From Octopus sinensis (Eukaryota), in assembly GCF_006345805.1 (NCBI RefSeq), contig NC_043005.1:25978001-26042000 (forward strand): 64,000 nucleotides of DNA. The letters run 5' to 3'. The notes beneath the pieces were generated by a model. It was not told where the DNA came from and did not search any database. It worked only from the letters and a program-made list of their open reading frames with translations. Below are positions 39,721 to 53,281 of this stretch, in pieces; positions within the stretch are counted from its first letter, which is position 1; every line of letters starts with the position of its first letter. A program made the position numbers and the translations under genes.

Positions 39721-40386
39721 CATCTCATGTCACTTCAAGTTCACGTCAGTTGTTTTAAGAAAGTAGCTGAAAAAATATAAATGTCAACTTCTGTCGATTT
39801 ATCTGACGTAACATCGATCTCAGCCAACGTATTTCAAATCAGAAACGTTTTTAAAAGCACCTGCAGACGAATACTGAAGAGAAAAAGCAAATAAAATATA
39901 TGCGAAATTTTGCACAAACCATTTATTAAAACAGATGGAAGCAAATAAGTATTTTTTTCTTCTTTGGATTCACCTTACGATGAAAATAAACAAACATTGC
40001 TTTAGAAGCGTTGAGAATTGTTGTGCAATTTTAGGATTTATAAATCTAGGTTTATAAGATGCTAACGGTAAATTCAACTTACGATGAAAGTAAACAAAGT
40101 TTGCTTTAGAAGCTTTGAAATGTATTGAAAGATACAGAAATAAATTATTCTCAAACGCATGATAATGCTCATAAAATAGCATGAACTGAATAAACTATCC
40201 ATATATTTGCAGAAAAAGTCGTTGCCGGCCAGCCATGAGTCTCAAAGTCACATCTCTGTGATTACGCATCACCTTTAAGCTAAACTGCCCAGTAACGAAT
40301 TCGCTATATTTTTCCGTGTTGCTTTATTCTTCAGGTTAAGTCGCATGCCTTGGCATCAATTATCGACGTAAATTGAGGTATGCCTA

Positions 40387-42165
40387 TTAGATATGTTTCG
40401 ACCAGAGATTGGTCCAGGCCATGTCTAACTTAATAGCACCACCTGATAGGATTATTCGAATCCTGTTTAAGTCAAGTTTTGTTCAAGTAGTGAGTTCTTG
40501 TTGGGTGAGTTTTATCCAGTTTTGTTCAAGTAGTGAGTTCTTGTTGGGTGAGTTGTATCCAATTATGGGTGGCTTATCTGTTTAAAGTTGATGGGATCCT
40601 TTTCCTCTTTGATCTCCCTCGGGACAATGTTAAATAGGGCAGGGCCTGTTGAGGAAAAGAAATTATGTTGCAGTGTACATGTATGTTGTGATCTTGAATT
40701 TGGCAGGGGACGTATAGCCCGTGGTCCAAGTCTTGGATGGACCTTGAAGCTAATGTTTAGGTCGTTTGGGCAAAGTTGGCGGTATATTTTCCACATCGTA
40801 CAAATGATGTATCGCTCACGGCGACGCTGGAGGGAGTAAAGTTTCAAGGCTTTAAGGCGATCCCAATAATCGAGAGCAGCCATGCCTTCGATTTGTTTAG
40901 TGAGAGCCCTCTGGGGTGACTCAATTCTGGAGATGTTTTGTCTTGTGTGAGGAGACCACAGTGGGCAGCAGTATTCAAGGTGTGGCCGTACAAAGGAGGA
41001 AAAAAGTGGTATGATGACACCTTGTTCTCTGGACCGGAAAGTTCTTAAGATCCAGGAACTCATCATACGAGCTATATCAACCTTCTTGTTGATGTGTGCA
41101 CTCCAACTGAGATCGTCATCAACAATTACACCCAGGTCTCTGATATTGTTAGAGGCTGTGAGCGGTTCCCCTGAAGGAAGAGAGTATGGTTGTTTTAGTG
41201 AGGAATTTCTTCCAAAATGCATCAGCTCAAATTTTCCCTCATTCAGTTGCATTTTGTTTCTATCTGCCCATTGACTCTCAGCATATAGATCAGACTGGAG
41301 TTGAGTTCGGTCTGCTTCTTCATTGACGATTTGCTGGAGCTTAGTGTCATCAGCGAATATTTTCACTTTGCAGTGATGTACGACACTGGAAAGGTCGTTT
41401 ACGTAAATTATGAAGAGTAGCGGACCCAAAACAGTTCCCTGGGGAACACCGCTGGTGACTTTTGCTGGGTTTGAGTGGACTCCATCAACTACAACATTCG
41501 TCAGGAAATACTTAATCCAGTGTAGAACTTTTCCACGGATTCCAACATTTGCCAATTTCGAGAGTAGGATGTTATGGTCTACCCTGTCGAACGCTTTACT
41601 GAAGTCAAGATATATGACGTCAGAGTTCGAACCTGTTCTCAAGGCTTTGAGTACATCTTCAATGTGGTGTAAGAGCTGTGTTAGACAGTCCCTGCCACAG
41701 CGAAAGCCATGCTGATTTGAATTTAGGAGTTTGTGGGTCTCCAGGAAGTCAGCTATCCTTGATCTTAACACTCTTTCAAACACTTTAATGATGTGGGAGG
41801 TGAGTGAGATTGGGCGATAGTTGACTGCGAGGGATCTGTTTCCCTGTTTGAAAACCGGGATGACCGACTGGGATAGAAACTGTTTCGGTATATAACCTGC
41901 GTCTAACGAGTTTCTCCAGAGGTTGGTCAGAGGGACTGCAAGTTGATATCTACATTCCTTCAGGAGACTAGCGGGAAATCTATCAGGGCCTACAGCAGAG
42001 TAATGTTTGACCGCATTTATTGCTGCTACGATGTCGGTGGCAGTGAAGGTTATGTCTGCGATTTTGTGTTGGGAGTCAACTTCGTTCGTTTCCTTTCGTG
42101 TGTGTATGTAGGGGATGGGACATTGTTTGGCTGGCTGGTCAATTTCTTGAGCCAGCTTCACATCG
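40387..42165 (-). mobile_element. 5'-truncated CR1-clade LINE
   Basis: Contains the RT ORF and 3' UTR; highly similar to 60721-61618. Confidence 0.93.
40563..42161 (-). CDS. CR1-type reverse transcriptase domain (partial, 532 aa open; C-terminus frameshifted)
   Basis: NYRPISLTS, NQHGFR, YLDFSKAFDRVDH, SGVPQGTVLGPLLF, FADDTKL, RDLGV, RPHLEYCCPLWSP, LYSLQRRRERY. Confidence 0.92.
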   Translation of the reverse strand: MKLAQEIDQPAKQCPIPYIHTRKETNEVDSQHKIADITFTATDIVAAINAVKHYSAVGPDRFPASLLKECRYQLAVPLTNLWRNSLDAGYIPKQFLSQSVIPVFKQGNRSLAVNYRPISLTSHIIKVFERVLRSRIADFLETHKLLNSNQHGFRCGRDCLTQLLHHIEDVLKALRTGSNSDVIYLDFSKAFDRVDHNILLSKLANVGIRGKVLHWIKYFLTNVVVDGVHSNPAKVTSGVPQGTVLGPLLFIIYVNDLSSVVHHCKVKIFADDTKLQQIVNEEADRTQLQSDLYAESQWADRNKMQLNEGKFELMHFGRNSSLKQPYSLPSGEPLTASNNIRDLGVIVDDDLSWSAHINKKVDIARMMSSWILRTFRSREQGVIIPLFSSFVRPHLEYCCPLWSPHTRQNISRIESPQRALTKQIEGMAALDYWDRLKALKLYSLQRRRERYIICTMWKIYRQLCPNDLNISFKVHPRLGPRAIRPLPNSRSQHTCTLQHNFFSSTGPALFNIVPREIKEEKDPINFKQISHP

Positions 42166-42846
42166 CACAGAGAGATATAGAGAGATAGTAAAAAAGAGGT
42201 AAAGAGAAATTTTGTATAAGTGGTGCATATCCAGTTTCTTACCCCATCACCTTTTCTTGAATTTTATAACTCTCGAAAAATATAAATTTTGTGGAAATTT
42301 TGCAGAAATACATTTCGGCGAAGAAAATTGCGATTATGAAGATAAAATCTTAAAAACAACAAACGTATATCTTGTATTAAGGAAATTTCATTTATTCAGT
42401 TTTATTTTAAAGTAATATTCTCTTTTTTTACACAAAAGTCTAATTATTATTATCGAATGCATGCCATAGTTCTTGATAATATTCGTAGTATCAAAGGTAT
42501 ACTACATATGTTACCTGTCCGGTGACGGGTGACACACTACTATGTATATAGTGAGTAGGAGAAAGCTACATCAGTAGAGGTGTGTAGATTGGTGTTTTTG
42601 ATGTCGTTCTATAACTCAGTAAATCGTCAGAGACTTGCAGAAGTTTTCATCTTTGGGAAATTTATTTGAGACAAGTAAATGGCGTAGAGGTGAAGATCCT
42701 GGTGCTAAGTGCCATAACTTAAGTGTTGGGCCTGCTCTGAGGACCTCGTATTCAAGGAAGTGAATGTATGAAATGACGTTGACCTTGTCCGAACCTATGA
42801 CTTTGGGTGTGTGTGTAGTGTATGTGTATACATATAGTTTCTAAAT

Positions 42847-42880
<34 letters not shown>

Positions 42881-42883
42881 CAC

Positions 42884-43192
42884 CGTGACCGCCGTGACCG
42901 ACCAAGTTATCAGATGTTGCTACACATCGCTGGTCACAATGCGCTTCGCATTGTTTTAGCCTTCAAATGACCCCCACCCCGCAGGCTAAGCGAGTAGGCC
43001 AAAAGAAGAAAGAGTGAGAGAAAGTTGTGGTGAAACAGTACAGCAGGGATTGCCACCACCTCCTGCCGGAGCCTTGTGGAGCTTTAGGTGTTTTCGCTCA
43101 ATAAACACTCACAACGCCCGGTCTGGCCTATTCGCTTAGCCTGCGGGGTGGGGGTCATTTGAAGGCTAAAACAATGCGAAGCGCATTGTGAC
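42884..43192 (-). mobile_element. Family-C SINE with fold-back inverted duplication
   Basis: Body 43001-43125 matches 52085-52200; arms 42933-43001 and 43124-43192 are inverted. Confidence 0.88.
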
Positions 43193-44554
43193 AAATAAGC
43201 AAACAAGTATGTCAAGGTATTAATGCAATACGGCCGTTTCTGGCAGCTCCATTTCATCGAACAATGCAAGCATTACATCAATTTGAAATATAGTGCCATA
43301 TTCAGTTGCTAAACACTTAATTTTCAACAGTCAGGATATCTAATTATAATTTTTAGCAACTATTTCCTCAGAGCTAGAGAAGGGAAGAATTCCGTGCTGC
43401 TACTAATGTAGTAGAATAAGGTAGGAGGGAAACAACTACAATTTTGGAATGGCAGAAATGGAGACACAGTGGGTGGAGGTCATGAGATTGTTAATTTAAC
43501 TGCAATTTTTATCTATCCTCTTATCACCATCAAAAGATCTAATGCAGCTAGCATTAAGACACTATGAGTTGACAGTTAAATTCTAGTTGCTGGTCATAAA
43601 TTAATATTGTTAGATATTCTCCTAGATCCTAATTCTCTAAAGCTATAGATTCACTTGACCACATAAAAAGACAAATTTTAGAGGAAGACATTCAGATAGT
43701 GGCAAATACCCAGAAAAATAGGTAGGGTCGGAGGACATAAATTATTTTATTATTATCAGTTCAAGTGACCTACGATAAAAAATACAGTACCTTATAATGA
43801 GATCTTGATGGACATTAGGGGTACAAAGGGAATAATAGATATAATCAAAGTATAATAAAATCTATGTATTATTAAATTTAGTATAATAAAAGTAAAACGG
43901 TTTTTTTTTAATTTTAGGAAGGGATATAAGCATCAGGTAAGATAATATGGATAAATAGACCAATTTAAGCACTAAAAAAAGATTACTTATATATATATAT
44001 AATATATATGGAAGGAGATGGGGAGATGAGGAGATGAGGAGAGGAGGAGGAGGAGGAGCCCACTTTCGCCACCAGTACTAGTTGTAGTAATATCAGACCA
44101 CCCATCGAGTTTGGTGTAAGGTTGAGTCGGGAACGGATTAAGTCCAAAAATAGGAAGACTAAACCACGCTCTTGGCATTCCGACTTGGAGTTGGAACGCA
44201 AAGAGGCGGAACAAATACCGGAAGACATCCTGTCCGGTGTTCTTATAGTTCCTACAATCCGACGCCTTGGAATGGCCATTTTTTCTCAGCCTTGAAAAGA
44301 ATGAAAGGCAAAGCTGACCTCGGCAGGATTTGAACTCAAAGCGTAGAAAGTCAGAGAACATACCACAAAGCATTCTGTCCGAGACTCTAATGCCTGTCAA
44401 TTCGCCACAACTTTGATTAAGATGGCGCTGCTGAACGTAGTTATGAGTATTACAGAAGAAGAAAGGCCGTTCAGAATAGATTTACATGTAGAATTAAAGT
44501 TTAATGCTCATGTAATGTGCAAAATGGATTCGAGGTTTTGGCCCACTGTTACTC

Positions 44555-45172
44555 TTTTATTTGTTTCAGTCATTTGACTGTGGCCAAGCTGGAACACAAC
44601 CTTTTGTAGAATAAATTGACCCCAGGACTTATTCTTTGTAAGCCTAGTACTTATTCTATCGGTCTCTTTTTGCCGAACTGCTAAGTGACAGAGACGTAAA
44701 CACACCAACATCGGTTGTCAAGTGATGGTGGCGGGGGAGGGGACAAACACAGGCACAAACAACAAACACATACATATATATATAGGCGGCGAGCTGGCAG
44801 ACTCGTTAGCACGCCGGGCGAAATGCGTAGCCGTATTTCGTCTGCCGTTTCGTTCTGAGTTCAAATTCCGCCGGTCTCGACTTTGCCTTTCATCCTTTCG
44901 GGGTCGATAAATTAAGTACCAGTTACGCCCTGGGGTCGATGTAATCGACATAATCCGTTTGTCCCCTCTGTGTTTAGCCCCTTGTGGGCAGTAGTGAAAT
45001 ACATACATATATATATATACATACAGTTTCTGTCTACGAAATCCACTTACAAGGCTTTGGTCGACCCGAGGCAATAGTAGAAGACACTTTCCCAATGTGC
45101 CTCGCAGTGGGACTGAACCCGGAACCAAGTGGTTGGAAAGCAAGCTTCTTACCACACAGCCACTCCTACGCC
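44555..45172 (-). mobile_element. Family-B SINE interrupted by a family-A SINE (44784-44990, +)
   Basis: The family-B halves flank the family-A copy, which has acatacatatatatata on both sides. Confidence 0.85.
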
Positions 45173-45719
45173 TAAAATTCCTATCAAATAAAAATACACA
45201 ATAAATAGCAATTTGCATGTTCTACCCAAGAAATGTTATTCAAGTACACGTATTATTATGCTTCTCTTTCGTTGTTTCACCGTTGTTTTGTGTTTTGCTT
45301 CTAATAAGTAAAATACATAACAACGTGCCACTAATGAGTGTCTTCCTCTACTAATGATTGTCTATGTAACACAGGAAACTTTCACATATAATAGGCTAGA
45401 GTTCTGTACGGATATTTATTTTAAATATTGTAACTAAAGATAATTTAATTTGTAATATCTTTTAATGATAAACTATATACATTTTAATTAAGTCTATTTG
45501 AAAATATCCTTCATGGCGCAAATGTTCATATGATTTAACGCCTGTGTCTATGAATAGGGATTTTTGTCCGTGTATTGAAATATGAAACAATTTCAAGTAA
45601 CTTAACAATTTGATAAACAGAGAGCGATTGAATAAATCTCAGACAAAAATTACTGGCGTCCCAACAACCAACCAAATCACTGAGGATGGTTCCTAAATCA
45701 AATCAATCAATTAAATTCT

Positions 45720-45925
45720 ATTTCTTTATTCCCGCAAGGGGTTAAACACAGAGGGGAGAAACAAGGACAGACAAAGGGATTAAGTCGATTACATCGACCC
45801 CAGTGCGTAACTGGTACTTAATTTATCGATGCCGAAAGGATGAAAGGCAAAGTCGACCTCGGCGGAATTTGAACTCAGAACGTAGCGGCAGACTACTGCT
45901 AAGCATTTCGCCCGGTGTGCTAAGA
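45720..45925 (-). mobile_element. Family-A SINE
   Basis: Reverse complement of the core and tail variant 1. Confidence 0.85.
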
Positions 45926-46349
45926 AATTAATCAATCAATTAAATTCTAGGCGTATCGTAGGTACATCCTAAGAGACACAAACTCTACTCACATCATCTT
46001 AAATAGTCATCAGCTCTCCTCATGTTTCCACTACTTCCACTGTCCTTTCATCGCTGTTGCTTGTAGTTTTCTTATTCCTCTTTTACCAGAAAGTTTCCGT
46101 GCGTGACCAAATTTGCCAGATTTAGGATGCAATATTGCCTAAGAAATTTTAATGAAACGTCTATACCTGTCATGCAAGGCTAGAGACACAAACTGAAAAG
46201 AAAATGCGTTGATTTTAAAAATATCAATCAATTTAAATGTAAGTTTAGATGTACTTTACTTTTATACGTAGATCACAATACCTACCCTCCCATTTTCCAA
46301 TTCTTCATGAAAGAGTAATCGATTTATTTACTGTTTTCTTGAATTTTTT

Positions 46350-48255
46350 CCAAGTAGTTTTTGCTTAAAGTTCTGTCATCCATCTCTGATTAATTCTTCT
46401 TCTTGCTCACACGTACTGCATTCTATATCATTTCTAGTAACAGATTGCTTTGCGAGTAATCTGTCGGCTACATGCTACTTTTAAAGAATTAGTGCTTCTT
46501 GTTTTGACATAGTTCGTTAGAGAAAATATTCTTTCAATGCTTGCTGAAGAATGTGAAAAGAAAATTTGTCATAAAAAAATGTCATATATAGAATTATGAA
46601 GTCCATTTTTATATCTTTTAACTTGTACTAAGCATTGAAGAATATTTCCAGTAATGATCGGTAAATTGTCTGTTGATAATGTAGAACTTCTCCGCTGATC
46701 ATTAAGATCATTTAGTCTGCAATCTAGGCATAATGTTGGGAAATGAACAGCTAACAGAATAATAGACATAGGAAATATGCTGAAAGCATGAGCTTCTTTG
46801 AGTAATACTTTTAGTTTGGCAATAATTTCATCAAGCTGAAAGGAAAACTCTTCCTTATTTAAATGCAAAGCTCTGCTAAGAATTTTAAACAATCATGTTT
46901 TGAAGTCTTTTAGACCGATTTTATCATCAAAAGGCTCTTTAATTAAATATAAAGTTACCTTTCCCCCAGGTAAACATCATTAATGTTTTTGTAGAAACTT
47001 TCATTTCTTAGATCAATTTCTCATTAGTTGACGTTCTCCAGTAATCCACCTTAAATACAGAAACTCAAGAAATATTTGTATTCTGACCATATTCAATGCT
47101 GAAGATGCTAACTTAAATATATTATCCAGTAAATTCGCTTTCTGTAGAATATACTGAAGGGAAAGAAACATGTGATTGATTCGAGGATTGCTGATTGTGT
47201 TATCAATTCTCTTAACACCACCAGCTTTGTCAATTCTCGATTCTCTTTGGAAATAAAAATAAAAGTAAAGCATTAGATTTTTCTGCTATTACCGTAAAAA
47301 CTGTTTCTCCTAAAAAAAATCCCTTTGTACCATTTAGATATTTTATGATAGATGTCACAATCAAATCCCGTTGTCACTTATTGCTGCCAGAAAAAATAAG
47401 ATGTTTACTCCTTTCTGAAAGCGTTTAAATATGAGACCTATACGCAGTCAAAGAACGATAGACAAATTCCTTTATAAAAACAGAAGGTATATCATGTTTT
47501 AATAATTACTGGAGCCCATCTTTGCAGAAGAATTACCGTTCACGAATCTAGAATTTCTAAAGGAATATTTCTTTTTCGCAAAATGTATTTGACGCTGTTG
47601 AAAATACATTGAGAGCCGTAACATTTTCAACACCTACCGAGCGTCGACGACATCATATTTATTTAAATCAAAGTATCTCACTACTGCAGTAATATCTGGG
47701 CGACTGAAATATTTCTATTTTCATCAAATATGACAGGAAACTTTTTGTGCCATGCAGATATCGGTTATCATTAATTATTCAAGAAAGACTACTCCATATT
47801 GAATGATTTACGAAAGTTTTCTTTTCACTGATAATTTTTCATCAATCTTACTGTCTGCAAATGCTCTCTTACATTTTATTAGAAGTTGACCCACTATTGA
47901 AAGAGGGAGTATTATCTCTTAAAATAGCCAGCAATAAGCCATTCACGTTTGGTTGTTTATTAACTGTTGATATTATTCATCTTGCATCTAATAATACCAA
48001 ATCTAGATTAAAACTCATCAAAACATTTCTCGTGTTTTCCAGAAGTTTTGCGTTTTATTAGCATGGAGTTTGCGTTGCGGGATTTACTGTAGAGTCCGAA
48101 TCGTTTTACTTTGTTAGAGCAAGTCTTTAACTTCTGGGTCTTGTAGCCATTCTCTCTTGAAGAACTCCACATACGTAATGTTTTAAGAGAATCTGCATTT
48201 CATCACTTATAATGATAGAGAGCATATGATGGGCAAGTCTACCAAGTTTATAACA
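46350..48255 (-). pseudogene. Degenerate hAT-like DDE transposase
   Basis: FKREWLQDPEVKD (N-terminal), FPVIFDE..ISVAQIL.AVVRYFD (first catalytic D region), HDIPSVF (CxxH region), HSSASIERIFS..NYVKT (dimerisation motif); many stops and frameshifts. Confidence 0.72.
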
Positions 48256-49465
48256 ACTGGAAAAATAGGATCCTTCATACGGATCACGACACACAACCAA
48301 AACTAAAAACTGAAGGACAGAGTTGCCATATTCAAAGCATTTACTGTACTTTACAACAGTACACTTGTTTCAGTCACCACCTTGGAAGGCTTAATCAAAC
48401 AAATCGACCTCAACACATATATATTTTAAGCCTGGTACTTATTGCTCTCTTTTGTAGAACCACTACACACACACACACACACACATACACACACACACAG
48501 AACAGTGGAATTCGACCCGAAACCACTTGACTGCAAAGCAGACCTCTAAACCACACAGTCATGTCGTTACCTAGCTCATAAAGAGACGGAAGAAATGTCG
48601 GTCAGTATTTTATCCGCTGCTCTACCGATTCAGCCAATTCGCCCTATTTCGCCCTATCATACGAAATTCAAGCATGATTAAATCTTAGTCATAGAAATAT
48701 CGCCTTAAATCTACTTAAACTTTTTGGCGGAAGGTGAGTTAACGCACTGCGATCTAAGCTCAAATCCTACCGATGCCAATATTGGTTTTTCATCTATTTG
48801 GGGTCGAAAAATAAAGTACCAATCTGGGAAGAAGAAATGACTGAATCGTTAGGACATTGGACAAAGTTCATCTGGATAAGTCTACCAACTCTTTGCGTTT
48901 AGACTTATTAGCTGGTGATGTACCCTTTCACCTGATTTAACGCCACTATCCAGTCCTTGGGTGCCTTTAGTCAGGCTCTCTCTCTGTTGCAAGCATTCAA
49001 GCCATTGTCCGGTTTGTCTTCCTCCCGTCATCACATCAATCTTAGAAGTCTCCCAAAAATGTCATGGGAAGTGTCTTTCCTTTTATGTTCGAGGTGTAAA
49101 AACACACACTTAATATATATGTATGTACCTATCTATTTATTCACCTATCTTTCAATCTATTTACTTACCTGGCTACTAGCTTATTAATTAAATTATCTAC
49201 CTATCTGCCTGACTATTCTTTTACTAGATTGCTCTTGAATGACACTGGCACCATGTAACCTTGTACAACCTGTTCTGTTGCATGGTCGGACCTTCGACCA
49301 CTAAACAACAACACCACCGAGTCTACTTGCCGGATGTAAAGGAAAACCCATCAAAGGGCACATGAACAGAGGATAGTCAAAGAAACATTCGGTTACAAGG
49401 TCTGTGTGTGACGTGTTCGTGTGTGTGTGTGTGTATGTGTGTATGTGTATGTGTGTCTGTATTTG

Positions 49466-49501
<36 letters not shown>

Positions 49502-49526
49502 GTGTGTGTGTGTGTTGTGTGTGTGT

Positions 49527-49570
<44 letters not shown>

Positions 49571-49600
49571 TGTGTGTGTGTGTATGTGTGTCTGTATTTG

Positions 49601-49641
<41 letters not shown>

Positions 49642-50519
49642 TTGTGGTGTTTGTGTGTGTGTATTTGTATATATGTGTGTAAGTGTGTGGTGTACGTGTT
49701 TATATTCAAAAATTGATTCTTCTCAGAGTTTTGCTTCGGGCCGGACTGTTCACCACTGAGTTGTTTTTAAAAGATTAAACATTTCTCCATTTATTTATTT
49801 AATTAGAACATGAAATAAAAAAAAACAACTCGAGTTACAAACCCTTTCCAAAAAGCACCCATCCTCCAAAATCCAAATGCTTTTTGTAAATCCCAGATCT
49901 GAAATATTTTTGACAGTCCTGGTAGTGGCAGGTCGTTAACGTGTCGATGTCATAGATTTATGGTTCGTAGCAATTCGTTTCGTTTCCATCTTTCGATGCT
50001 TAACAGAACAGCTTTGTGGTTTGTCGCTTTCCCAACAATTTCTTTGCTGACACTTATCTAAGTTCAATGTCCTGAAAATAGGAAATAATAAAACTATAAA
50101 ATGAGCAAAACAACACGAGAATATACTTCAGGTACTTAATTTTAGTGGCATCTATAATAAAACTAAAACAGTTTCTAAGCAACGACGAATGAATAAATCC
50201 GTAGCCATGTTTGTTTTACCTCTTGGTATTTTGAAATGAAATGGGAATAAGTGTTGCAAAGGGTGGTACACTGGTTCCCTTCAGAATGTCTTTATAGTGC
50301 ACTCTGCATTTGTGTAGAACATCACTGAAGGAAATGGTGAATCTTAAGTAGCTCTGGGTTGCATTCACAATTGTTTGGTAAGCAGGAAGTTAAATTGGTT
50401 GCCAGAATTGCAGATAACGGCACAGTAGTTCACCAACTCTACCAGTATTTTAATCCTCGGAAGAGGAAAGGTTATTTTTAAAAAAAGCCAAACTCGTTAT
50501 CTTCAATACGGTCTCCGTG

Positions 50520-50910
50520 CCTTTTCTCGCCTATGATCATGAATGTTGGATAATGATCGGAAGAGTACGATAGCGGATACAAGTAGCCGAAAATGGTGGT
50601 TCCACCGAAGGATCTCTGAAGTAGCGTTACTCGACAGGCGGCGTAACTTGGAGATCAGAGAGTCTGATGATGTGGGTACAATGGACAAGTGATTGTAATG
50701 AGACAGGAAAGAATCAGAAGAGGGATTCTTCAAGCTGAATCGACCGGCAAGAAACCTCAGGTTAGACCAAAAATGGGATTATTAGAGAATATCCATTGTC
50801 CCAGTTCATCACGCTCGCGATTGCAACCGGTAAGTGTAGTGAGGGTTGCTTCTGATGAGACCCTCGGGAGGAAATCCAAAAGGTGTCTCACTCCACGACT
50901 CTCCTAGGAA
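50520..50910 (+). mobile_element. RTE-clade LINE 3' fragment
   Basis: YDHECWIMIGRVR.RIQVAE..FHRRISEVALLDRRRNLEIRES..GQVIVMRQERIRRGILQAESTGKKPQVRPK. Confidence 0.78.
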
Positions 50911-50914
50911 TATT

Positions 50915-51215
50915 CAGTGGTGAAAACGAATAGAAAGATGAAAAACGAACACCCACCAACTACTCTGTCTATATATCTGTGCACACCTTTCAATGGCATG
51001 TATGCCAGAAGGTCTACAAATCTAACGGAGGCATCAAAAGACATTTTTAAGATCCACAAAGATCAGAATTTAACTACAGCTCCTGGCGGTCCAAAGCAGA
51101 TACACAATTTATATAGGTGTCTTTTCAAAGCGTTGTCTGGTTTAAAGAGCCACATCAGACGCCATGATAGATCTAAAGTGTAGGTACAAGAGGTGGTCAG
51201 ACTCTGCATAATGAG
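50915..51215 (+). mobile_element. Second RTE-like C-terminal fragment with zinc-finger remnant
   Basis: C..LFKALSGLKSHIRRH resembles the C2H2 tail of RTE ORFs. Confidence 0.5.
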
Positions 51216-51641
51216 TATATATTGTGTCCGTATATTGTGTTCGTTTTTGTATTTCGTTTGCAAGATTCTTTATGTGAATTCGTATGTTGAAGTATGTTTT
51301 ATTGTGTCTGATGAGTGTCATTCACTTTTTGTGCTTTATCAATTAAAACACACACCGATTCGATTTCCACTCATTTACTTATTCTAAAATGTTCGTTGCG
51401 TCTTGCAACCTTTTTAATAGGGAAGACTATTAAAAACGGTATTGAAAATTTTAGAAAAAATATATAATTGAGTGAAAATCGAAACGATGAGTGTGTCAAA
51501 AAATAATGCACTAAAAGGGACTGACTCTCCCCGGACACTGTAATATATATATATAGTGAGAATTTACAAAAAACAAAAGACGAAGACGGGCGTGTAAACA
51601 ACAAACAGATGTATTAGTTTAACGATCGGGAAGTGAGAAAG

Positions 51642-51678
51642 TCTTTTATGTTTCGAGAATACGCTCTTCGACAGAAAG
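51642..51678 (-). ncRNA. Hammerhead variant with CUGUCGA core (in LTR-like repeat 51560-51750)
   Basis: CUUU-CUGUCGA-A-GAG CGUAUU CUC-GAAA-CA-UA^AAAG; A6U as at 4771, plus a G-to-A change in stem III. Confidence 0.52.
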
Positions 51679-52017
51679 GGACACAGAAATAAACAAGGAG
51701 AGGAAATAGAAAAAGGTATAGTGGCTAGTGATTTATCATGCCGAATGCCGGACAGAGGGGTCACACAGGAGGGCTAGGAAGAAAGGGAATTATAATAAAT
51801 TAGTGGTGATCTCAAAACGAAAGTGCACGTGGAAGGGGACTGGTGACATTAACGTGTGCATGTGTGCGCGCATACACACACACACACGTACACACACATA
51901 TATATACACTTCCAGTTATCACACAATCGGGTATACTGCAATAATCAGTGTCATCGACAAAGATACCGACACTACAACCAGTGTTGCTTTCGTCTAAGAA
52001 ATTCAAGAAAGTTCAGT

Positions 52018-52400
52018 GGAGGCGCAATGGCCCAGTGGTTAGGGCAGCGGACTCGCGGTCATAGGATCGCGGTTTCGATTCCCAGACCGGGTTTTGTGAG
52101 TGTTTATTGAGCGAAAACACCTAAAGCTCCACGAGGCCCCGGCAGGGGATGGTGGTGATCCCTGCTGTACTCTTTCACCACAACTTTCTCTCACTCTTAC
52201 TTCCTGTTTCTGTTGTACCTGTATTTCAAAGAGCCGGCCTTGTCACTCTCTGTGTCACGCTGAATATCCCCGAGAACTACGTTGAGGGTACACGTGTCTG
52301 TGGAGTGCTCAGCCACTTACACGTTAATTTCACGAGCAGGCTGTTCCGTTGATTCGGTTCAACCGGAACCCTCGTCGTCGTAACCGACGGAGTGCTTCCC
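52018..52400 (+). mobile_element. Family-C tRNA-derived SINE, full length, tail variant 2
   Basis: A box tggcccagtgg, B box ggtttcgattcc, body shared with 43001-43125. Confidence 0.87.
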
Positions 52401-53021
52401 ACAAGAAAGTTCAACAAGGAACAAGTAATCTGTTCTCCTTTAGTAAACCACAAACACCAAAATATAAATACATCTAAAGAAACCATGGGCAGGGCAAGTG
52501 TGGGCGAGTAGATATGTTGTACGACATGGAACGGTTAAATAGACACAATAATTTAATGTCTATAAAATACTATCAAACAATAACTGCTTCTTTATCTACC
52601 TTCTTTCCCTCCCTCGCTCTCTTTTTTTTCTTTCTGCCATTATTTTATTCTCTGCTTCTGCAATTTACTGCAAATGTCTCTTTGCTACCCTCTCTCTTTC
52701 TCCCCATTATACCTGTATTGTGTAGCTGTTCATATTTGTACTCGCATGTATGTACACATGCATATACATTGTGTGTGTGTATACACTTATATATACATAC
52801 ACCTATGTTCATGTATGTAAGTATATATATATAAATATATATACATATTATATATATAAATACATGTATGTATATATGTATGTGCGTATATATATACATA
52901 TATATATGTAATATATATATATATATATATGTACTCCATATATAATAGATATCTATATGTATTTTTTTTTTATTTATCTAGTTTCAGCTCACTAGCTGTG
53001 GCCATGCTGGGGCACCGCCAT

Positions 53022-53136
<115 letters not shown>

Positions 53137-53234
53137 ATATATATACATGTATATATTCATGTATGTATGTAAGCATATTTAGATAGATAGATAAATAGAT
53201 AGATAGACAGATAGATAGATAGATAGATAGATAG

Positions 53235-53281
<47 letters not shown>

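Noticed and set aside
43320-43980. Possible AP-endonuclease remnant (GGG and DIQIV motifs)
   Set aside because: The motifs are in the wrong order and heavily degenerate.
50845-50890. CUGAUGA...GAAA in the RTE 3' UTR
   Set aside because: No valid stem I, stem II base or NUH site; probably chance.
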